From contig JBHLSH010000005.1 of the NCBI GenBank assembly GCA_048881705.1, forward strand, positions 1-64,000: 64,000 bases of DNA, in the 5' to 3' direction. Both the position numbers and the translations under genes were made by a program. Below, piece by piece: positions 56,986 through 64,000 of the stretch (positions within the stretch are counted from its first letter, which is position 1; every line of letters begins with the position of its first letter). A model generated the notes under the pieces. The model was not told where the DNA came from and ran no database searches. It saw only the letters and a list, made by a program, of their open reading frames with translations. The DNA is from Candidatus Heimdallarchaeota archaeon. GTDB taxonomy: Archaea > Asgardarchaeota > Heimdallarchaeia > Hodarchaeales > Hodarchaeaceae.

Positions 56986-58593
56986 TTAACTGGAAAGATT
57001 TAGGGCTGCCTTTTGGGTTGGAGCTAGTTTTGCTCGACCCTTTTTCCACCACCATATGCCTCCTAGGGCTAGTGCTCCAATGAATACAAGTACTTCTAAA
57101 GCTGTCACGACAATGTCCATTGAGATTGAATCTGCTAGTGTAGGAAGGACATATGCCAATTGGGCCGCCAATGTTGCCTGGAGGTTAACCCCAAACAAAA
57201 AATCAAGAGCAGGAAGAGTGCCTCCAGCCAAAGTTCCAAGACTCGCGATAAGTTGGCCGAATCGATGGCTACTTACACTCAGCCTTGGTAGAGTCATTTC
57301 TTGGAGTAAAGTCCCCCGCTCGTTTCTGATATAAATTTTTCCGTTTAACGGTGTTGATCTGAGACCAGGATCTACCAATGGTGTTACGAAGAATACAAGT
57401 TCAATAGGAAAGTTTTGTGATTCAATATTTACCCGTTGGTATGTTGGTTGGATCAAACATCCCGAAAGAAGAGGTTCCACATGCAATTGACGGGTCGGTT
57501 CTACTAGTTCAAATTTGTCTCGAACCTCTGTCTCTTGTTCACCTGAAAAGATGTGAGATTTGTCTCGCATGATTTCTCTTTCTCGAGCCGACAATGTTAC
57601 CGTAAAAGGATAGGTTTTCCGAGGATTCATACGAGAGAAATAATGGAGATGGGTATGTATCGTTCGAGGGGAGGGTATCTGCTCGATTGTTTCTTCATCC
57701 ACGAAGGTTTCGGCGTCGGACTCTCTTGGTTTGTCCCTAGATAATTCATCTGGAGCTGGCATACCTGCAGCGAGATCATCCCCCACGGCTGAAGATGAAA
57801 TTGAAATAACGGAGTCGTCCATTGGGGCAGGTTCGGCGGTAGTTGGAGGCGCTTCAGGAATAGCAGCCAAAGAGGGCGAACTTGGAGCCTTTCGACTTTT
57901 TTTCTGCTTTTCCTCAATTCCACTGGAACGTACGGAAGCAGGTATTGAAGGAGGTTGAGGTGGAGGTATAACCTGTTTAGAAGGAGGTGGAGAAGATGCC
58001 TCTACGCGAGCTGGGGCACTCCGACTTCTCAGCTCAAAGTGTTCTTCTTTTTCTTCCTCCCCTCGTTCTTCACTGGGCAGATCGCCTGATTCTTCCCATA
58101 AAGAAGATAGGGAATCAGGGGTAAATTCCGCATCTTCTTTGGCCAAAATCGGCTTGGGCGGAGTTTTTCTAGTTTCTTCTAGAAATTCTAAGTCCGTCTT
58201 ACTATCAAGAATCTCCTCTAGCTTCCTAGAAAGCTCTGCTGCTGCCTTTGAATAAATTATATCTGATGACAGGGCCATTTCAGTTAGAAGGGCCTGGAGT
58301 TCGGATTGTTCCGCGAGGAAGTGCCACGTAGCTACCGCCTTGAGTAGAACATTGATTAACATTAATTTTCCTGCATTTGTTCCGTTTTCTAGGACCGACA
58401 GAATCATGGGAACAAATCTTCGCGGAGAAGGAAGAAAATATTCTTGGAGTTTCGCAACCAAGTATTGCACAAATTCGTCGTGATCAATCCACGGTGAATC
58501 TTCGGGGAGAGATAAAAGAAAACTAGGAACAAAATCTAGAAAGTTCTCTGGGGAGTGTAATGAGAATGGAAAAATCATCAGAAAACCAACCAA
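56986..58593 (-). CDS. Hypothetical protein: helical N-terminus, Pro/Ser/Glu-rich linker, beta-rich domain, C-terminal TM helices
   Basis: Composition and hydrophobicity pattern of the translation. Confidence 0.75.
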   Translation of the reverse strand: MVGFLMIFPFSLHSPENFLDFVPSFLLSLPEDSPWIDHDEFVQYLVAKLQEYFLPSPRRFVPMILSVLENGTNAGKLMLINVLLKAVATWHFLAEQSELQALLTEMALSSDIIYSKAAAELSRKLEEILDSKTDLEFLEETRKTPPKPILAKEDAEFTPDSLSSLWEESGDLPSEERGEEEKEEHFELRSRSAPARVEASSPPPSKQVIPPPQPPSIPASVRSSGIEEKQKKSRKAPSSPSLAAIPEAPPTTAEPAPMDDSVISISSSAVGDDLAAGMPAPDELSRDKPRESDAETFVDEETIEQIPSPRTIHTHLHYFSRMNPRKTYPFTVTLSAREREIMRDKSHIFSGEQETEVRDKFELVEPTRQLHVEPLLSGCLIQPTYQRVNIESQNFPIELVFFVTPLVDPGLRSTPLNGKIYIRNERGTLLQEMTLPRLSVSSHRFGQLIASLGTLAGGTLPALDFLFGVNLQATLAAQLAYVLPTLADSISMDIVVTALEVLVFIGALALGGIWWWKKGRAKLAPTQKAALNLSS

Positions 58594-58672
58594 TAAGAGT
58601 CGAACAGTTTTCGGTGTTCAAAAATATTTCCCTTTCCCAGTAACACCAATGATAGATGGGAAATGGTGTTCA

Positions 58673-59122
58673 TCATCGAGATATCTCATTTTTCAAACTA
58701 GCCACACCGAGGATCTTTCCCAAAAGGCTCGAATTCACTTCTTCGGATATCAAGTAGAAATTCCTTGTGATCTGTTTGAGAGTTTCAGCCATCTCCATTC
58801 TCGGCGGGATTTCAAGTACTTGACGATACTCTAATATTTCTACATACAAATCATTTAACAAATGAAAGTTATTAAAGGAATTATCTAAAGAAAGAACTGA
58901 TTTTATTTCTTCAAAGGACTGATAAAGGGCAAATAACTCTAGTATGGATGTTTCTCTTGCGATGTTCAATTCAATTCTCATTCTGTCCAGGCCTCGCCAA
59001 AGTTTCAGGATATCCTGCCTAGCAAACTTACGGGAGTTACTCAGAAAATCCCGAAGGGATTGAATTTCATATCCTATTTGTACCCCCTCTTGTCGATCGG
59101 TAGAGCTTTGCCTTATTCTCAT
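58673..59122 (-). CDS. Hypothetical alpha-helical protein
   Basis: 149-aa ORF co-oriented with its neighbours. Confidence 0.65.
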   Translation of the reverse strand: MRIRQSSTDRQEGVQIGYEIQSLRDFLSNSRKFARQDILKLWRGLDRMRIELNIARETSILELFALYQSFEEIKSVLSLDNSFNNFHLLNDLYVEILEYRQVLEIPPRMEMAETLKQITRNFYLISEEVNSSLLGKILGVASLKNEISR

Positions 59123-59156
59123 AAAAACATCGGCCTATTGAACAGTCTTTGTTCAG

Positions 59157-59603
59157 TCATTTGAGGTTAAGACGTTCTTGATAGACAGTAAGTTCCCGTA
59201 AAATCTCTGAGATGATCTTATCATAAGGCCGCAAAAGTCGAATTAAAACTTTATCCTGAAACATTTCTGTTGGCGAGAGCCCCTGCCTAATTAATTCAGG
59301 CAGCCCACTTGGGACGTAAACGATTCCTTCCCGAATTAAGCGATAGATCTCCTGAAGTACCCGTGTCTTATCTTCTAAGGTTTTAATGTCTAGGGCGTCG
59401 AGAATCTCGGGAAGATTTTGCTGGGGAGCATCTTTAAACGAAAGAAGCAAAATTACTCGTTCCATTAACTGAGCTATTCGCTCTGCATCAGCTTTTTCTT
59501 TTGAGGAAATCTTTGGCTTCACTACGCCGTTATTTTCCTTCAAGAGAAATAATTTCCCGGGAATTCCATCATTATTCTCTTGTATATTTGATGTTGGGCA
59601 CAT
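59157..59603 (-). CDS. Hypothetical protein, possible wHTH
   Basis: LPEILDAL...LQEIYRLIREGIVYV. Confidence 0.65.
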   Translation of the reverse strand: MCPTSNIQENNDGIPGKLFLLKENNGVVKPKISSKEKADAERIAQLMERVILLLSFKDAPQQNLPEILDALDIKTLEDKTRVLQEIYRLIREGIVYVPSGLPELIRQGLSPTEMFQDKVLIRLLRPYDKIISEILRELTVYQERLNLK

Positions 59604-59877
59604 TAGAAATCCTGCTTAGTTTTGGCCGGCTCGAAGAAGCTTGCACGATAACGACCATGGAGTCTTCCAGAAAAGCTAGGAAAATATCTGGATAACATCT
59701 TCCCGTACCAAATCGTGAGGTGTATGGACAATTGAGGATGGCCTGTCTAACGCGTTTAAGCATCTAGATCTTATATGAAAACGCCATAAAAGGGAATTCT
59801 TTGAACTTCAAACATTTTCGAAAACCATTGAGGAAAGTAGTATTAAGCAAGCTCGAGTCGAAGTAAAACGGATAAAA

Positions 59878-60705
59878 ATGTCACAAATGCGTTTAATTGA
59901 TGAGGACGAGCAAGAGATTAGTTTCCAAAGTCAGAAAATAAAACGAAAAATCGTTGTTCTTTCTGGTAAAGGAGGAGTGGGTAAATCTACAGTAGCCACC
60001 AATCTTGCTCTCGCATTTGCTAAGAAATTTGGGAAAGGAAAGGTTGGAATCATCGATTTGGATCTCTCTGGTCCAAATATCCCCAAAATGCTTGGCATTG
60101 AGGATAAGAAGGTACAAGCTGCGGTTAAATCTCCTGTTGAAACAGGAAAGGAACTGTTAGAACCTGTAGAAGGACCATTGGGCCTCAAAGTGGTCTCCAT
60201 GGGTTTTTTTTTGGAAACCCGGTCTACGCCTGTGGTTTGGCGTGGCCCCATTAAAATCAAAGCACTTCGCCAATTTATGGACGATTTCGATTGGGGTGAC
60301 CTGGAGATGCTGATCTTTGATATGCCCCCGGGCACAGGAGATGAGGCGCTGTCCGTTATGCAACTACTTCCAGAAATGGATGGTGTTGTAATAGTAACTA
60401 CCCCCCAAGAGGTTGCCCTCTTAGATACGGGAAAATCGTTAACCATGTCGCGGGAAATGCAGCGACCAGTAATTGGCATCGTAGAGAACATGGCGACTTT
60501 TCGTTGTCCCGATTGTGGTACCCAACATCCCATCTTTGGCGAAGGTGGTGGGCAAAGGCTCGCAAAAGAGTTTAATACCGATTTGCTTGGTCAAATTCCT
60601 CTAGATCCCGTTATCCGGGTAAAGGAAGATCAGGGAATCTCCAAACCATTCGATTATTTCGTTCCCATTGTAGATCGGATACTTGAGAAGATTGACTCGA
60701 ATTAA
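59878..60705 (+). CDS. mrp: Mrp/NBP35 Fe-S cluster carrier ATPase
   Basis: GKGGVGKS, DLDLSGP, VWRGP, DMPPGTGD, VTTPQ, ENM, CPDC. Confidence 0.95.
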   Translation: MSQMRLIDEDEQEISFQSQKIKRKIVVLSGKGGVGKSTVATNLALAFAKKFGKGKVGIIDLDLSGPNIPKMLGIEDKKVQAAVKSPVETGKELLEPVEGPLGLKVVSMGFFLETRSTPVVWRGPIKIKALRQFMDDFDWGDLEMLIFDMPPGTGDEALSVMQLLPEMDGVVIVTTPQEVALLDTGKSLTMSREMQRPVIGIVENMATFRCPDCGTQHPIFGEGGGQRLAKEFNTDLLGQIPLDPVIRVKEDQGISKPFDYFVPIVDRILEKIDSN

Positions 60706-60731
60706 GTATCATAAAAACAATTATCTTCCCC

Positions 60732-60741
60732 TTTTTTTTTT
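60732..60741 (+). terminator. T10 tract after mrp, candidate archaeal terminator
   Basis: Oligo-T about 26 nt downstream of the stop codon. Confidence 0.4.
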
Positions 60742-60991
60742 CCATTTTACATTGCTGGTATTCTAATCGATGTTAAAATTCCGAGAAAGCGGGTTTCGGG
60801 AATCTAACCCAACAGTTTTCTGGGGATATCCCGAAGGGCATTATTCTCCGAAAATAGATGATGTTATAATTCCAAGATTCAATAAGTTGGTAACTCATCG
60901 AAAGTTGAATTGAGATAGGTCCTAATCTTAATTTATTGAATATGATGCTCTTTCTACATATCTTGTTCCATCATGTCGGCTTCATGCAGTA

Positions 60992-61447
60992 GTGTGGTCA
61001 TCCATGCCGAAGCTATTAATCTTTGAATCGGGATTGATCAGGAACGGATTGCCCCTAATTCGGAGGCAATATCTTGAGTCCGAAGATTTAAAAACCAATC
61101 CCACTCTTGTAGGGGGATTTTTGTCTGCCATTCAACAGTTTACAGCTGCAACGTTCAAAGATCTTCCAACTTTACTTAAAATGGAGAGATATATGGCTTG
61201 TCTTAAGAGGATCGATTGGTCTTCGGATCATTTCCTTCTATATGCCATCTGTGATGGTAAAGGTGACCCCAAGATAATCCAAAACGCACTTGCCAAGATC
61301 ACTAAGCGCTTGGTGGGATGGGAGACCGCATTAGAGAGCATAGATACAGAGGATTATAAAGGACTCTTTCCGATCTTTGATGAGGAGTTCTCATTGCTGA
61401 ATCGAAATTATGCAGATTCATTTGTGGATTGGTTAGCCGAGGTATGA
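60992..61447 (+). CDS. Longin-like domain protein; start probably ATG 61004
   Basis: LLIFESG...GLPLI...LVGGFLSAIQQF pattern. Confidence 0.7.
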   Translation: MWSSMPKLLIFESGLIRNGLPLIRRQYLESEDLKTNPTLVGGFLSAIQQFTAATFKDLPTLLKMERYMACLKRIDWSSDHFLLYAICDGKGDPKIIQNALAKITKRLVGWETALESIDTEDYKGLFPIFDEEFSLLNRNYADSFVDWLAEV

Positions 61448-61783
61448 CCAATTAAAGACGGATAATCGAAAATTCGTGGCAATGGGTTCGTTTCGGAATC
61501 AGTAATCTATTGTTTTGGAGGTTTGGTTAATTGGGACCTTTAATCTGAAGTCGAATCCAATGCTTTCCTGTACTTCTCTTCCGTGCCCATAACTCTGGAA
61601 AAGCTGACTCCGCTCTGTTTTATTGAATGCCTTTATCTTACGCCTTCCATATAGTGAGTGTCATAACCAGTCAAGATAAATCCCCGATCCAAGGAATAAA
61701 AAAATGAAGAGTAATTTATCGACTGGTTATTTGACGTGTAAGTTGTCCAGAAGCCGAAGAAGTCTAGAACAGAGCTCATATAG

Positions 61784-61993
61784 TTAGGTCTCTACTGGAT
61801 CTTTAGGTGAAACCAATATACGAGATTGAAAAGCGGCGAGAAGAAGTACGGCGCCAGGTATGAGAAGCAACATACTGGTGACACCATAGATCGTGTTAAC
61901 ACTAATGTCTGTCAGAAATATGAGCAGGGCGTGTACCCCAAAAGCCCAGAACATAATTGCAAGGGCCAGAAATATGTACTCTTGTCGATTCAT
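61784..61993 (-). CDS. Small 2-TM membrane protein
   Basis: Two hydrophobic helices in 69 aa. Confidence 0.6.
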   Translation of the reverse strand: MNRQEYIFLALAIMFWAFGVHALLIFLTDISVNTIYGVTSMLLLIPGAVLLLAAFQSRILVSPKDPVET

Positions 61994-62172
61994 GGTTACA
62001 GTTCAGTCAAAGATGTATTAATAATTTCCTCTTTCCGAACTCCCATTGTCACGAATATATAACCTAGTTCATTGTTGCTTTTTTCGCGACAATATCATCT
62101 TTCCTTTGTTTGGGATTTAAGCGCGGTAAACAGAGTTTATTTTCCCACTCTAAATCAAAACAATGATGAACT

Positions 62173-63366
62173 ATGAAGATGAATTTCTACATTTGTGGAT
62201 CGTCAGGCGACGCGTCAGATTCAAATTCATTAACTGTTGTCCAAAAGGAAGAATCCATCCAGATACTCCATAAACTCCTTGATAAACAAGGATCTACTGG
62301 ACGTAATCTTGATAATTTCTCAGAGGAAGAAAAAAAGACTATCGACCTTTTGATTCAGCTAAAAATTCTGCAAATTGATTCCACCAATCATGTTACTCTA
62401 AATTTTCCCTTTTTTACTCAAGCAGATCACAAAATCATGGATAAAGTGGTCAATAAGGCTGCTCAGACAATAGTAACGAAGTTAACAGAGAAATGGGATC
62501 AGATCAATAAGCTCATTGCTCAAGTTGGATTGCCCACAAAGAGATCACACAATGAGCGAGGTTTTTTGGTTCTTGGCTGTATCATTTTGGATTGGCAAGG
62601 ACTCCATTGGCTGTCTACAAATGATGTTTTAGTCGTAACCAAACCACAACCCAATGGTTCTCGTTTCTTGCTTATCGGGTCTCCTCATGAGGTCAGCGTT
62701 AATACATTTAAACGATATTGCTTCTCATCCACTCATGAGACGGTTTCTTGGAATTATACGGTGTTTGGACAAGCTTATCACTCACGTTGGGTGACCCCAA
62801 CCATTGAAATGTTCATTCAACAAAAATTATCAGGGTTGCAAGATATTCCTTCTCGAATAGCAAAAATAATCCCCAGATTTGTCTCAACAGCTATCGATCA
62901 ATACTTGGATCGGTTAGGGAACCTCTTGGCTTCCAAAACTGTATCAAAAAAGGAATTTGCGGATGACCTGAATCTAACTGATGAAGGTATCGAGAATTTA
63001 TCGAATTATCTCTTGAATAACGGGTTTATAGAGGAAGAGCAGAATGAGTGGAACAGGAGTGTCCTCGTTTTATCCCCTGAAGATCAACCGAAATTGGATG
63101 CCTTGATGTCGATTTGTAAGCAGCTAGTGGTTGAATCGATTCAAATATCATTACCAGAGCTTAAGGAACGATATCCCCAGACAACTGCAGGGAAACATCG
63201 AGTACCCTTCGAAGAAGCCATGAATGAATGGTGGCATGAGATCTTCTCTAGGGTAATTCAATTATTAATCATTGAGGGTAAGCTACAGCCAAGTTTTCAT
63301 AATCAAGACACTCACTTTGGTAGTTTCATATGGTCAAATTCCTTAGAACTGAAAGTACCTATGTAA
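62173..63366 (+). CDS. Hypothetical protein with wHTH-like segments
   Basis: 397-aa ORF; no catalytic motif recognised. Confidence 0.75.
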   Translation: MKMNFYICGSSGDASDSNSLTVVQKEESIQILHKLLDKQGSTGRNLDNFSEEEKKTIDLLIQLKILQIDSTNHVTLNFPFFTQADHKIMDKVVNKAAQTIVTKLTEKWDQINKLIAQVGLPTKRSHNERGFLVLGCIILDWQGLHWLSTNDVLVVTKPQPNGSRFLLIGSPHEVSVNTFKRYCFSSTHETVSWNYTVFGQAYHSRWVTPTIEMFIQQKLSGLQDIPSRIAKIIPRFVSTAIDQYLDRLGNLLASKTVSKKEFADDLNLTDEGIENLSNYLLNNGFIEEEQNEWNRSVLVLSPEDQPKLDALMSICKQLVVESIQISLPELKERYPQTTAGKHRVPFEEAMNEWWHEIFSRVIQLLIIEGKLQPSFHNQDTHFGSFIWSNSLELKVPM

Positions 63367-63444
63367 TAATGCCGAGGATTGGAATTCGGTCAAACTAATA
63401 CAATAATCCCCTTAAAACGTCCATATGTGAGTGTTCTCTTGGAT

Positions 63445-63999
63445 TTAATACGGGTTCCAATCCTTGATCTTAGGGTACGTCTCTTTTTCTCCATACTCAT
63501 ATTTTTGAAAGAGTTGCCCCCAGTCAGTTTCTTCAAAGGCCTTGATCTTGCGTTTTCCGATTAGAGGGTACCATAGCCAGTCGTGATAAATCCCAGATCC
63601 AAGAATAAAGAGCTTGAAGAAAGGCGTATAGAATAATAACCAATGGAGAGGTTTAAGAGGACGGTATCGATAGGTAGTACTTCTCAATCTTTGATCCCAG
63701 CGAACCACCAAGCTTCGTTTTGTCTTGAATCTGAAGTTTGTTGCTTTAAATTGCTCTTCTTCCCATCCTATTATATCGATTTGCTCTACATCCCCCTGCC
63801 CTAATCCCTGGTCATGGGCTAAAGCAATATATTTTATTGATAGAGGATCAAAGCCCATCAGTTTTGCTGCCACAGCATCGATAGCTACTTGGTCCTCGCT
63901 GGCCAGTAAAAGGTTTAAAGGGCGTGGTTCCATAACTCGAGGCCCAGCCCCGTCTCCAGCTACCGTACCATCCATCACTGCTAAAAGCCCAGGATGGAT
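63445..63999 (-). CDS. DUF362-family protein, C-terminal part (5' end lies beyond the window)
   Basis: AVMDGTVAGDGAGP, LLASEDQVAIDAVAAKLMGFDP; the frame stays open to the window edge. Confidence 0.85.
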   Translation of the reverse strand: MHPGLLAVMDGTVAGDGAGPRVMEPRPLNLLLASEDQVAIDAVAAKLMGFDPLSIKYIALAHDQGLGQGDVEQIDIIGWEEEQFKATNFRFKTKRSLVVRWDQRLRSTTYRYRPLKPLHWLLFYTPFFKLFILGSGIYHDWLWYPLIGKRKIKAFEETDWGQLFQKYEYGEKETYPKIKDWNPY

Positions 64000-64000
64000 T

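Noticed and set aside
61450-61780. Possible degraded membrane-protein gene on the minus strand
   Set aside because: Needs a frameshift and several stops to read, and no family is recognised.

Overview
Gene-dense, AT-rich archaeal window, most likely from an Asgard archaeon (Heimdallarchaeia-like). The lineage call is an inference from the geranylgeranyl reductase, archaeal PGI/PMI, tungsten AOR, longin, roadblock, V4R and TPR proteins. Main blocks, left to right: (1) 2.0-13.2 kb, a complete galactitol-family PTS (EIIC, EIIB, EIIA, HPr, EI) with a Zn polyol dehydrogenase, class II aldolase, YjbQ, SgcQ/BtpA and an aldehyde:ferredoxin oxidoreductase; (2) 17.4-27.6 kb, a DNA-methyltransferase / type III R-M island in which no intact nuclease domain is visible; (3) a rhodanese-NIF3 fusion and a bacterial-type sufB-sufD-Rieske-sufS-sufU-sufC-nfu operon, divergent from htpG (Hsp90); (4) an unannotated roadblock/LC7 pseudogene divergent from a thioredoxin-V4R-V4R protein; (5) a membrane-anchored CuA-cupredoxin fused to a NirS-type heme d1 beta-propeller; (6) a wHTH + AAA ATPase pair, two longin-type proteins, an M16 peptidase pair, Mrp, and a partial DUF362 gene at the right edge. 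No rRNA, tRNA, CRISPR array or transposase was recognised. All family calls come from motif recognition by eye, not from database searches.
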